Of a stretch of 52,296 nucleotides of DNA, positions 1-9,505 are shown piece after piece; within the stretch, counting starts at the first letter, position 1; each line of letters starts with the position of its first letter. Both the position numbers and the translations under genes were made by a program. A model generated the notes under the pieces. The model made no database searches. It worked only from the letters and a program-made list of their open reading frames with translations, and was not told the DNA's origin. Origin of the DNA: an uncultured bacterium (GTDB lineage: Bacteria; Planctomycetota; UBA1135; GCA-002686595); contig CALHGQ010000188.1 in assembly GCA_938030175.1 (NCBI GenBank), positions 1 through 52,296 of the forward strand, read 5' to 3'.

Positions 1-2
1 CC

Positions 3-1370
3 GAGCGATTGCGGAGCTTCGAACGAACGGGAAACAGCGGTTCCTCGGAGCCAAACCAGGGCGGAGGCGTGGCGCCCAATGAGGTCCAAGACACCATCGC
101 CGTCGAGGTCGCCCGTGAGCCCTTCGGAGGTAAAGGCGCCAGGCGTCACGTCAACGGCTTGACCAAGGTCGGTAAAGCCCCCGCTCGCTTGCCCAACTCG
201 AAGGAGCTGCAGCTCGCGGCTCGGGGCGCTTGCGTCCGCCTGGGAAAGGGAATGATTGAGCACGTCGTCCCGTCCATCGCCGTTGACGTCACCAACCTCT
301 AGGCGCTTCCACGCTTCACCTTCACCAGTGCCCGAAGGCAGCCCGATGTTGAAGGTCCCCTGGCCGTTGCCGGTGAGGACCAACACTTGGTGCGCTGTTT
401 GCACCGTCCCTTTCGTCGTGATCGCCACGTCGAGGTCGAGGTCGCCGTTGAAGTCGCCAACGTCGACGTCTGCAACGAGATTGGGGGCGTCCATCAGGAT
501 CGTCGTGGGCGCGTCCAGTCCGCCCGCGCTGTTCCCGAGAAGTAAGTCCACGTTGGCCGGAGCTCCCGCGCCGGTCCTGCGGAACCCTACGACATCCGGA
601 TAGCCGTCCGCGTTGACGTCGCCAACGGCTAGATCGAGGTAGCCCGTCAGCGAGCCAGTGACTAGCTCTCGCTGGAGGAGACCATTGACGTTGCGCGCGA
701 TGATCAGCGCTTTGGTCAAGTTACTGATACCGACAAAGTCCAGATCGCCATCCTGATCGAGAGCGATCGGCGCGGCCCCTTGGAGCGTTTGGCCTGGACC
801 CTGCGGCGACTCTCTCGGGCCAAAGCTGCCGGCACCAAGCCCAGGAATGAGGTAGAAGATGCTGGCTAGCTGGGACTCATTCTGGATCTCGTCGGAGGCA
901 GGATAAAGCAGAAGGTCCACAGCGCCATCGAGGTCGAAGTCCGTGGTGATAACTTTCAGGCCCAGCGTTGACCCGCCGATCCCTACCGGATCCTCAAAGG
1001 TCTCGTTTCCCCGATCGTAGTAGACGACGGTGCGATCCAGGGAAGAGGTCACAGCGCGCGTAGCGACAAGGTCGAGCCGTCCATCGCCGTCGATGTCGGC
1101 AAGCTGGAAGTTGCTAACAGTGGAGGGCTCGTTCGCGATCACGCCCTCGGAAACGAGGCGACCGTCCGCTCCCAAGGTTGCGGCGACCAGCGTGTCACCG
1201 GCGACAGACTTTCCGATGACCTCATCGACGCCGTCGCTGTCGTAGTCGAGCACGCTAATGACCTCGAAGCTGCGGTCGAAGAAGAGTGGCTCTGGGAGGA
1301 TCTGTGCGCCAGCGAGAGAACAGGGGAGGCAAGCAGCGAGCAGCGCTGCGCGAGGGATCGATGGGTTCAT
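3..1370 (-). CDS. Secreted FG-GAP/VCBS repeat (integrin-like beta-propeller) protein, 3' end runs off the window
   Basis: Not in the ORF track because there is no stop in the window. Manual translation from ATG 1370: MNPSIPRAALLAACLPCSLAGAQ (signal peptide), then repeated Ca-binding motifs DYDSDGVDEV, DIDGDGRLDLV, DFDLDGAVDLL, DVNADGYPDVV, DFNGDLDLDVA, DVNGDGRDDVL, DLDGDGVLDLI. Confidence 0.85.
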   Translation of the reverse strand, partial: MNPSIPRAALLAACLPCSLAGAQILPEPLFFDRSFEVISVLDYDSDGVDEVIGKSVAGDTLVAATLGADGRLVSEGVIANEPSTVSNFQLADIDGDGRLDLVATRAVTSSLDRTVVYYDRGNETFEDPVGIGGSTLGLKVITTDFDLDGAVDLLLYPASDEIQNESQLASIFYLIPGLGAGSFGPRESPQGPGQTLQGAAPIALDQDGDLDFVGISNLTKALIIARNVNGLLQRELVTGSLTGYLDLAVGDVNADGYPDVVGFRRTGAGAPANVDLLLGNSAGGLDAPTTILMDAPNLVADVDVGDFNGDLDLDVAITTKGTVQTAHQVLVLTGNGQGTFNIGLPSGTGEGEAWKRLEVGDVNGDGRDDVLNHSLSQADASAPSRELQLLRVGQASGGFTDLGQAVDVTPGAFTSEGLTGDLDGDGVLDLIGRHASALVWLRGTAVSRSFEAPQSL

Positions 1371-1587
1371 TGTGATCGGGAAGCTGAGGGAATGAGCAGG
1401 CCGGGGAATTCGAACACTGCTCTTGCTGTACCGCTTCCGACAACGAGCCACTACGCTTCCGGATGGTCAAAATTCCAGAATCACCCGCAAGTCCCTTCAC
1501 CGGAGGCCGAAGCGCCAATATACGCCACGTGCCCGGCGAGCGGCCACCTGAAGAGGAGTCACCACCGGCATCCGGCAATGCGAACCT

Positions 1588-1956
1588 CTACGCCGCGTCG
1601 AAGTAGCCCAGCGCCTGGATCATCGCGTCACTCGCGGAAAACTGGGCCTCGCCGTGCTGCTGACGCATGTCGTCCGCCGTGTGGACGAACAGCGCGAAGC
1701 ACGCATTGAGGATCGGCGAGATGTTCGCTTTGATCCAAGTCTGAGCGACCTCAAGGCCCTCATGGGCGTGCTCTGCTTCCTCGAACTGACCGGTGAGGAG
1801 AGCGACCTGGGTGAACTGCTCCGACATCCACTCGCGGTCCTGGACCTTGGTGGGCTCGCCGAACATCACGGCCAATACGCCGCCGACGACCTTGGTCTGG
1901 GTCTCGTCGAACTCGGAGAGTGTCGCGCGGAGATCATCGCGGGAAGGGACCTGCAT
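1588..1956 (-). CDS. Hypothetical protein (122 aa, acidic, helical)
   Basis: Protein-like composition and codon pattern; fills the gap between neighbouring minus-strand genes. No recognised motif. Confidence 0.7.
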   Translation of the reverse strand: MQVPSRDDLRATLSEFDETQTKVVGGVLAVMFGEPTKVQDREWMSEQFTQVALLTGQFEEAEHAHEGLEVAQTWIKANISPILNACFALFVHTADDMRQQHGEAQFSASDAMIQALGYFDAA

Positions 1957-2001
1957 GAAGACAGTTGTAAGTTCCCCGCGCCCGCGATGCCACCTTTGGC
2001 G

Positions 2002-2775
2002 CTACTCGAGATCCGCGAGTGCGTCGAGGATGTCCTCGGGCTCCGCGCGGGTCGTATAGTCCGTGCTGACGTAGGACCAGCTCACCTTCCCATCCGTGTC
2101 AATCACGTAGGTCGCGGCTAGGGGCAGCCGGAATGTGTCGTCACCGTTGCTCGTCGGAATATCGATGCCAAAGTTCCCATAGATCGGACGCAGCGATTCG
2201 TCGAGCTCGAAGACGAGGCCGTAGCGCTCGGCGGTCCACGCCCCTTCGTCGCTGAGGACCGGGTAGGTCAGCTTCTTCGCGTCGACCAGCTCTTCGCTCG
2301 TCTGCGGGGTCTGGGGAGAGACGGCGACGAGCGTGGCACCGTAGCTCTGAATGTCCGGCAAGACCTGCCGGAGCGCCTCAAGGGCGACATTGCAGTACGG
2401 TCACCAGTGACCGCGATAGAACGTCAGAACCACAGGTCCCGACTCAAGGAGCTGGCTGAGGGAGACGGTGTTGCCGAGGGCATCGGGGAGCGAAAACCCA
2501 GGGGCCACCTGACCCGTCTTGACCGCGCGCTGCAGCGCGCCGGACTCCGCGAGACTCTTGTCCGTCGCGTCGATGACCACCAAGGCTTCCGGCGGAAGCA
2601 TTTCGCGTGTGTTCTGGGCGATGGCTGCGAGCTCCTCGGCCTGGGGACCGGTGGGAGGCTCCCACGAATCCGGCAACTCGGCCCTACGGTGGTGGCTTGC
2701 GCAGCCGACCACCAACAGCGCGAGAAGCGGAAGCGCCGCGCAAACTCGCCGCGGCTTTCTTTGGATGATGTGCAT
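2002..2775 (-). CDS. Peroxiredoxin-like (AhpC/TSA, thioredoxin-fold) lipoprotein, probable selenoprotein (UGA = Sec at 2401-2403)
   Basis: ORFs 2401..2775 and 2002..2361 are in frame. Reading through TGA gives VVLTFYRGHW-U-PYCNVALEALRQVLPDI, matching the family motif FYRGxWCPYC. The C-terminus has ATYVIDTDG...DYTTRAEP. Lipobox LLVVG-C is present. Confidence 0.9.
2354..2372 (-). promoter_or_regulatory. Putative bacterial SECIS hairpin
   Basis: mRNA UCCGGCA-GGUCU-UGCCGGA: 7-bp stem with a G-starting loop 35 nt downstream of the in-frame UGA. Confidence 0.6.
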
Positions 2776-2799
2776 AGGCGAGATAGTAGCAGGCCGCTC

Positions 2800-2827
2800 C
2801 TGAGCGGTACGGTACCGTACCGCTCAG
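2800..2827. repeat. Perfect 28-bp palindrome CTGAGCGGTACGGTACCGTACCGCTCAG
   Basis: The sequence equals its own reverse complement. It lies between the stop of the giant CDS and the promoter of the peroxiredoxin-like gene. Confidence 0.9.
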
Positions 2828-2841
2828 ATGCCGTGCTTTGG

Positions 2842-5800
2842 CTAGCGTGACGGCGGTGCCAGTTCCAGCATGCTCGCCCCCGCCTCGTCGTGCATCACGA
2901 GGAGCGAGTAGCGGGTGACCGCGGGGCCGCTCACGCCTGAGAGCGACACGTAGTCGAAGCGTCCGCGAAGGTCGGTGTAGCCGTCCTTATGGAAGCGCAC
3001 CTCGCCGTTCTCCAGCTGGGCGTACACCTTGACGTAGGCCTTCGGCAGCGCTGCGCCGCCTTGGGAGCTCTGGACGCGCACCTGGCCGTAGCGCTCGATG
3101 CCCTGGACGCTGAGGTCCCCGGCGAAATACGTCGCCTGCCGCGAGACGCCACCGCCGCGTACCTCCACCACCACGTTGGCGGTGCGAAGGTCTGCGGGAA
3201 GGTCGACGATCATCGCCTTCTCGTTCTCCCCCACCGGAACCCGCAGGACTCGGCTCGGCCGGATCACCCCAAAGGCCCCCTGGTCCCCCCGCACGAACGG
3301 GCTGTTGGAGAACAGGAACTCAACGTCCATGCGATGGAAGCGAACCTCCACTTCGTCGATGCCTTCGACGGCCACGAGCACCTGGCCACCTTCGACCTCG
3401 ACGGCCAGCAGGGGCTCGAGCCCGGCGAGGGCCCCTTGGCTCTGATCACGGTTGTCGCGGTCCGGGTCGTCGCCACCACCGCTGATGCCCTCGATCTCAT
3501 CGGCCTGGGCCAGCACATCGCGGAAGCGTGAGCGCCAGAGATCGACAGGGTAGTCGCGGTAAGCCTCCGCGACGGCGCGCGCGGCGGGGACATCGCTCCG
3601 GTAGAACGCCACGTAGGCGGCCATGTAGTCGTACTGAACTCGCGTACGCAGCGCCTCAACGTCGATCGTGTCGTAGGCGGCCAGCGCCTCCGTGATCCGA
3701 TCTTGAAGGAACAGGTAGTACACGAGCTCGACCTTCTCCTCGGAGTCAAGGTCCGTGTCCGAAGCCAACGTCGTCAAGAAGCGATCGTACTGCGCCTTGA
3801 ACTGCGCGTTCAGGATGCGGCTGTCCGCCGCGAACTCATGGGTTCGGCCGTTCACGAGCGGCTCGTAGGCAAAGTGCTCATACGCCCGCCGCGCGCGGGG
3901 CGCCACGCTGAAGAGGGTCGAGTCGAACGGCGCGCCGACGCGTCGCACTAGCTCCTCGTGTCCCTCCAAGAAGCGTCGTGCGCGACTCGCATCTTGGTGC
4001 TTGACGGCGTACTTCCAGAGGGAGTCGGGGTAGACGCCACGGTCCGCCAGCGCGTCCGTGAGCGTCGCGAACGCACTCGCGTCGCCCATGCGCCAAGCGA
4101 TCTGCGCCAGGTCGATCTCGCGCACGTTCGCGTCCTCGAGGTACTCCAAGACCTCGGGCAGCTCAGCGTTCTGGGAGATCCACTCCCAGGTCGCCTTGTC
4201 AATGGTCGTAGCTTCATCGACCACGTTCAGGATCGAGGCATCGGCGGCACCAAGCAGCACGTTGCCGCTCCCCGCATGCACAGGGTAGTCACGGAAGCTC
4301 CCTGACTTCGGGAAGTAGAAGAGCGTCTCGATAGACGTTGTGCCGTAGCTGCCGAGGTTGACCGAAACGCCGCTCGTCATCTCCGAGTCGCCGAGCGCGA
4401 TCGCACCTTCGGGAATCTGCACCAGAAGCTGCATCGCGATCGTGCGCGACGAGGGGTTCGTGACCACCATGCGGCAGCCGTAGGGCACGCCCTTCAGGAA
4501 CTCGTCCTTCACGAAGAGGTCGCGCTCTACGCCGTCGACGGTCTCGCTGCGGCGCGCGGGGTTGAAGAAGTCCTGCCCCACGAGCACGTTGGAGGCGCCG
4601 TCCTTGGACGCTGCCGGGGCGATGTCCTCCAGGGCCAAGAACGTGGGCGCCGCTGCGGTCAGCGTCACGCTGCGGCCGTCGGCTGCCACATCGGGCTCCG
4701 ACGACTCGAACGGTAGATCGAGCAGCGCCAGCGCCAAGAGCTTCTCGTTGAGGCTGCGGTTGGCCATCGGGAACGACGTCGAGGCGAACGGGCCGGCGCC
4801 CGCGTTCGCGAAGTCGACCCAGAATGGCGAGACGGTCACGAAGCTCGCGTCCATCCGGGCCAACCCCGTGCGCCAATAGTGCGTCTCGGCGTACTCGAGC
4901 GTCTTGGCAAGGTCGCGGTAGAAGAATCCCTCCACGTCCTGGCGCTGCTTCCGCGCCACTTCGGCGTCGAGCATGAGGGAGTCCTCCTCGGCCGCCTCGG
5001 CTTCTTGAAGAATGGCGACACCAGCCGAGAGCTCGGAGACCGCCGCGGGTGAATCTGCAACAGCCTTGCGGTTTTCTCGTCCACGTCCATCACGCTCCGC
5101 ACGTCCCACAAAGAACTTGTCTCTCTTGGCCGTGCTGGACCGCGGCGCCTCCCCCGGAGCGGGCGACGACGGACCGCCCGCGTAACCCAAGGACTTCAGC
5201 GATTCCTCTAACGCAGCGGTCCGCGTGCTCTCGAGGGCCCGCCCAAGGGAGGATCCCGATGCATTGAGACCGCGGCTCGCCAAGATCTCGGCAAAGCTCG
5301 CGTCCAGGGAGAACGCGTTCGGCGGAAGGAGCGCCAGCATGTCCTGGGTCATCCCCGCTGCGTCGCCCCCCGTCTCGCGCAGAAGAAGGATCAGCTCGAC
5401 GACGTTGAGCTGCTCGAAGCGCCACGGCTCAAGGTACTCCGACAGATCGCGTCCGAGGAGCCAGTCGTCCATGAAGGTCGCATGGCCCTTGCTGCTCAGG
5501 TGCGGGACCACGATCGATTGAAAGAACTCTGGATCGCGCTCCCGCAGGAACACGTGCAGCTCATGGCAGGCGAACTCCGAGTACTTCGTGCGCTTCTCAA
5601 GCTCGGTCAGGCTCGGCCAACGCGTCATAAACTCGAACTCGGCGAGTTCCTCTCCGCCGCTGCCGCTCGTGCGATACAGCTCGAAGACGTCACTCAGGCT
5701 TCCAAAGGTCTTGGCCCCCGCGTTCGGCGCGTCACGAATGACGTACTCCTCACCCGCGGCCAAGAACTCGATGCGCCGCTGCTGGGTCATGGGCGCCGCG

Positions 5801-8800
5801 GGGTCGAGCGCATCCACCAGGCGACGCTCGCGCAGATCGAGCGGAGCTTCGTCGCGCACGAGCTGCTCTTCCACGGTCACGGCGTCGTCCATGGCGATGA
5901 TCTGCACCATGTGCTTTTCGCCAAGCGCCGCGATCGGAATGCTCACGACGCCGTCCTCGCTCGGGCGGAGGTCCGTCAAGAACACCGCACCCGACGACAG
6001 GAAGTCAGGCGCCGCGTGCACCGCTCCGGCGGAAGATCGGCCACCGAACCTGCCACCGTACTTTCCTCCCGCACCGCCACCAACGCCGAGAACAGCGCCA
6101 TTGTGACTCACACCCTCAAAGCCAGCCGCGGCCATCTTGTCCGCCGTCTCTTGGAGCGCCCAAGGGTTGAGCAGGTAGCCGGGCCTCGTGAGCATGTTCC
6201 CGGGGTACGGGTCGATCAACCGGCGGTCCAGGATGTAGCGGTACTCGTCGCTGATCTCACGACCGGACTCGTAGTTAGAGAGGGCGCTGCCGAAGGCGGT
6301 CGTTCCGGGCCCAACCGAGCCTGTGAGAGCGAGGGCGGACTGCGCTCCGATCGGCTCTAGATAGCGCGTCGCCACCACGTAAACGCGCGCGCTCCGCGAG
6401 ACTCCGCCCAGCTGCACGTTGAGGTTGTCGCCGTCCGTGGTCACCCCCACGATCTGCAGCGGAACCGGATCGACGACCTCAATGGCGTGCCCCTTCCCCA
6501 CGATGTGGCGCAGCCTCGTCTCGCCCTCAAGGATCTTGACGTCGAACGTGCGGTTGAAGCGCTTGAGCGTGAGCCGGTACTCTCCCTCCGGCAGGTTCTC
6601 GAGCGCGATGTAGCCGCTCGCCGCCCTCAGCGAGTCAAAGTAGTCCGCGATGGCTTCACCCGTGCTGTCGACGGACAGGAGCGAAGCGTCCGCGCGGGTC
6701 ACCACGTCGTCGTCTCCGAGATAGCAAGGCACTCGCAGCGTCTGGCCCGTGCGGCCGTGGAGCCTGTTCGAAAGACCCAAGGCCGGCGTGTCCCCAAGGT
6801 TCCACGCGTTCGTCATGGTGGTCGGCGAGACCAGGCGCATCGACTCGATGTCCCGCAGGGCACCTAGCCGCACGCGTCCGGCTTCGTCCGTCTTCAGGAT
6901 CACCTGCTCCGACCGCCCCACGAGCCGGTTCTTGACCTCTAGGCGCACCTCGGTGTCGACGAGGGGCTCGCCCGCTCGCCCGAGGACGTCCAGCGCAAAG
7001 CCGTCCGGGTTCTTCGTCAGGAACGATTGAAACGGCGCGTCACGGTGTTGGGTGTGCACAGGGAACGTGCTGGACTGGCTCTCCAGGCGTGAGTCCTCCG
7101 CCTTCGTCATGCTGCGAATCGTCCCGGTGAACCTGACCGAGATCGAAGCGACTCGCTCGGGCACTGTGATCTCTTGGATGACATCGCCGCTCTCGTCGAA
7201 GCTCAGCCCGTCGATCACGCTCTGGGTCGTCGTGCCGTCCTGGGTAGTGGCGTTGATGACGAGGGCCGCGTCCTCCAAGAGCCCAAGGGGGATCGGACGC
7301 CCGTTGAGCCTGAGCGCGGGTCGCGCAACGATGGTCGCCTGGAAGCCTGCGAGCAGGCCTTCAAGGGGCGTGTGAACGCTGGCCTCGAGGCGGTATTCCT
7401 CACCGCGGTGGGCAAACTTGGTGACCGAGGCCACGTCGCCGCTGCGCAAGAGAACGGTCTTCGTCGAGGCCTCGGGCGAATACGGGATCTGGATGCGACC
7501 CTCTTCGTCCGGCGTGTAGTCGCGGCCGCCGAAGCGCACGACGGCGCCCGGCGCTGGCTCCCCAGTACCGTCGAGCACGAGGAGTGAATGCCCCATGGGC
7601 GTCGCACGGTCCAAGAGCTGAAGGTTGCCTTTGACGATCACCGCGCGGCTAGAAACACCGCCGCCGATCAACTCGACGACATAGGTGCCAGGCTTCGTGA
7701 GCGCGTCGAGCTGGATCTCGCGCCTGACGCGACTCATGGGCGCCTCGTCGTACTCCAAGACCCTCGAATCGTTCGCCACAAGTCCGTCGAGGTCGAGGCT
7801 TGTCTTGACCGGACCGCCAAAGCGATCGAAATAAGCGACTGGATCGATCTCGAAGACCTTGACGAGCATGCGGTCCACGTTCTTGACGTCGACCCCGAGG
7901 ATCACGGTATCGTTCGCCCCGAACTGCTTCGGGTTCGTTCGCGCAAACTCGATGTCCACGCGCTCGCGCAGCGCCTCCGCGCGGGACGCGCCGAGCATCC
8001 GAACGTAGGCGTCGGCCTCGCTCGAGTCTCCGTAGAGCAGTTTCGCCTCGGCGAAGACGCGCTTGACGTAGTTCTCCTCAAGAACACCCACGAAGCGCTC
8101 GTACTGCCCCGGTCCTTGGAATACCTGGAGCAGGCACTCGCGAATGAGCGCCTCCTCGGAGCCGATCGCGGGGAACGGCGTCTCGTCCTGGAACTGTGCG
8201 TTGAGCGAGGCGAGGTCCTGACGACGATTCTTCGGCTTCACGTAGTAGCGCGTCGAGCGCGGGATGCGCAGGTACGCCATCAAGCGATCTTCGTTCACTG
8301 CCCCACCCTCAAGATCCCAGGCGATCCAGTGATAGAGGAGGTGTGCCTTGAGCGAGATCTGGCTGCTGGGCAGCAGCGCGGCGAAGGCGGACGCGCGCTG
8401 CAGGTAGGCGAGCCGGTCGGCGCGGTCGTCCATGCTCTCCGGGAAGCGCGGCGCAAGGCGCTTCATGACGGTCTGAATGTAGACCTGATTGGACAGCACC
8501 TCGGGCCGAGCGGCGCGGAGCTGTTCAAGCTGCGCCAGCGAAAGCCTGCGATGGATGTCGCGGTTGCCGAACGCGTTGCCTTTCGAGTCGCCGAGGTCTT
8601 GGATCACGATCTCCACAAGGCCTGGCACATCGGGGCGCGGAAGAAGCTCTAGCAACCAGCGCCGCTGTGAGTCCTTGAGGCTGCGCGTGACGAGCGACTC
8701 AAGCGTCGTCGGGTCCATCGCCTCGAGCGTGCGACGCGCGTTACTACGGAGCGCCTTCGCCAAAAGTGTCTCCGTCGAGATCTTGGAGTTGTCGAGCACC

Positions 8801-9219
8801 GTGGGGAAGTTGGGTGACTCGCCTAGCACACGTCGCTTCTCGTTGAAGCGCAGCCCAAGCTCACGCTCGAGGAAGCGGTAGGTGGCACCGGGGTCAGTCG
8901 ACGCGCGCAAGAGCGCTTGGCGCGCTTCGATTTGACGGTAGTCCGAGTTCTCGCCGTGGGACTTGCGCCAGGTCCCCATCAGCGCCTCAACCCCGTCGAG
9001 ATCCCCCTGCTGCTGGAGGTGCAGGCAGGAGAAGTAGTAGTGCTCCACCGTTCCGGGCAGCAGCGCATCGAGGGTCTTGCCTCGTTCCGTGGACAGCGCG
9101 AAGGACTCGTAGAAGCCCTCGGGAAGCTGGCCAAAGGTGCTCGGCAGGGACACCTGGGAGGCCGTCGAGATAGGTGCGAGGGCGGCGAGGGCGAGGCAGG
9201 CGAAGGAATACGGACTCAT
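2842..9219 (-). CDS. Giant secreted protein (about 2,125 aa), alpha-2-macroglobulin-like architecture (tentative)
   Basis: Long uninterrupted ORF. ATG 9219 gives a signal peptide (MSPYSFACLALAALAPISTASQ). It has an N-terminal helical region, MG-like beta segments (PGTYVVELIGGG; LKTDEAGRVRL), a Gly-rich linker and a C-terminal KDGYTDLRGRFDY segment. The CDS is certain; the function is inferred. Confidence 0.75.
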   Translation of the reverse strand: MSPYSFACLALAALAPISTASQVSLPSTFGQLPEGFYESFALSTERGKTLDALLPGTVEHYYFSCLHLQQQGDLDGVEALMGTWRKSHGENSDYRQIEARQALLRASTDPGATYRFLERELGLRFNEKRRVLGESPNFPTVLDNSKISTETLLAKALRSNARRTLEAMDPTTLESLVTRSLKDSQRRWLLELLPRPDVPGLVEIVIQDLGDSKGNAFGNRDIHRRLSLAQLEQLRAARPEVLSNQVYIQTVMKRLAPRFPESMDDRADRLAYLQRASAFAALLPSSQISLKAHLLYHWIAWDLEGGAVNEDRLMAYLRIPRSTRYYVKPKNRRQDLASLNAQFQDETPFPAIGSEEALIRECLLQVFQGPGQYERFVGVLEENYVKRVFAEAKLLYGDSSEADAYVRMLGASRAEALRERVDIEFARTNPKQFGANDTVILGVDVKNVDRMLVKVFEIDPVAYFDRFGGPVKTSLDLDGLVANDSRVLEYDEAPMSRVRREIQLDALTKPGTYVVELIGGGVSSRAVIVKGNLQLLDRATPMGHSLLVLDGTGEPAPGAVVRFGGRDYTPDEEGRIQIPYSPEASTKTVLLRSGDVASVTKFAHRGEEYRLEASVHTPLEGLLAGFQATIVARPALRLNGRPIPLGLLEDAALVINATTQDGTTTQSVIDGLSFDESGDVIQEITVPERVASISVRFTGTIRSMTKAEDSRLESQSSTFPVHTQHRDAPFQSFLTKNPDGFALDVLGRAGEPLVDTEVRLEVKNRLVGRSEQVILKTDEAGRVRLGALRDIESMRLVSPTTMTNAWNLGDTPALGLSNRLHGRTGQTLRVPCYLGDDDVVTRADASLLSVDSTGEAIADYFDSLRAASGYIALENLPEGEYRLTLKRFNRTFDVKILEGETRLRHIVGKGHAIEVVDPVPLQIVGVTTDGDNLNVQLGGVSRSARVYVVATRYLEPIGAQSALALTGSVGPGTTAFGSALSNYESGREISDEYRYILDRRLIDPYPGNMLTRPGYLLNPWALQETADKMAAAGFEGVSHNGAVLGVGGGAGGKYGGRFGGRSSAGAVHAAPDFLSSGAVFLTDLRPSEDGVVSIPIAALGEKHMVQIIAMDDAVTVEEQLVRDEAPLDLRERRLVDALDPAAPMTQQRRIEFLAAGEEYVIRDAPNAGAKTFGSLSDVFELYRTSGSGGEELAEFEFMTRWPSLTELEKRTKYSEFACHELHVFLRERDPEFFQSIVVPHLSSKGHATFMDDWLLGRDLSEYLEPWRFEQLNVVELILLLRETGGDAAGMTQDMLALLPPNAFSLDASFAEILASRGLNASGSSLGRALESTRTAALEESLKSLGYAGGPSSPAPGEAPRSSTAKRDKFFVGRAERDGRGRENRKAVADSPAAVSELSAGVAILQEAEAAEEDSLMLDAEVARKQRQDVEGFFYRDLAKTLEYAETHYWRTGLARMDASFVTVSPFWVDFANAGAGPFASTSFPMANRSLNEKLLALALLDLPFESSEPDVAADGRSVTLTAAAPTFLALEDIAPAASKDGASNVLVGQDFFNPARRSETVDGVERDLFVKDEFLKGVPYGCRMVVTNPSSRTIAMQLLVQIPEGAIALGDSEMTSGVSVNLGSYGTTSIETLFYFPKSGSFRDYPVHAGSGNVLLGAADASILNVVDEATTIDKATWEWISQNAELPEVLEYLEDANVREIDLAQIAWRMGDASAFATLTDALADRGVYPDSLWKYAVKHQDASRARRFLEGHEELVRRVGAPFDSTLFSVAPRARRAYEHFAYEPLVNGRTHEFAADSRILNAQFKAQYDRFLTTLASDTDLDSEEKVELVYYLFLQDRITEALAAYDTIDVEALRTRVQYDYMAAYVAFYRSDVPAARAVAEAYRDYPVDLWRSRFRDVLAQADEIEGISGGGDDPDRDNRDQSQGALAGLEPLLAVEVEGGQVLVAVEGIDEVEVRFHRMDVEFLFSNSPFVRGDQGAFGVIRPSRVLRVPVGENEKAMIVDLPADLRTANVVVEVRGGGVSRQATYFAGDLSVQGIERYGQVRVQSSQGGAALPKAYVKVYAQLENGEVRFHKDGYTDLRGRFDYVSLSGVSGPAVTRYSLLVMHDEAGASMLELAPPSR

Positions 9220-9394
9220 GGGACTCGACAAAAAGGTCTCCGCTGGCGCGGGGGAGCAGGACACGGGCCATCCCGTGTAGAAGTCCCAACGGCGGCGATA
9301 GGCTTCGGATTGGCTTCTATTCGACTTTTTTGGAGCCGTCACTCCTCGGGTGCGCTGGGGGCGCCCTCAGGGGTGGTAGGGGAAGCCTAGGCAC

Positions 9395-9447
9395 AAAAAA
9401 ACTGCCCCAGAATCGCGTCCCCGCGAGGGGTCGATTCTGGGGCAGTT
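9395..9447 (-). terminator. Rho-independent terminator of the amino-acid dehydrogenase gene
   Basis: 16-bp inverted repeat AACTGCCCCAGAATCG/CGATTCTGGGGCAGTT running into a T7 tract on the minus strand, about 60 nt after the stop at 9506. Confidence 0.85.
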
Positions 9448-9505
9448 CCCGTCGCCGGGAGCCCTGTCTGTCAGGGCCTTCGGAGCGTCGGCCGCGCGCC
9501 GAGAT

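Noticed and set aside
1957-1970. Leaderless -10 box for the 122-aa gene (also considered for starts at 34358, 40644 and 51742)
   Set aside because: The hexamer or spacing deviates (TACAAC; CATAAT+8; TACCCT+9; TATGCT+8), so these were not counted among the 10 clear cases.
2002-2775. Pseudogene or two separate small genes (124 aa and 119 aa)
   Set aside because: The only interruption is a UGA exactly at the catalytic Cys position, followed by a hairpin; Sec recoding explains it better.
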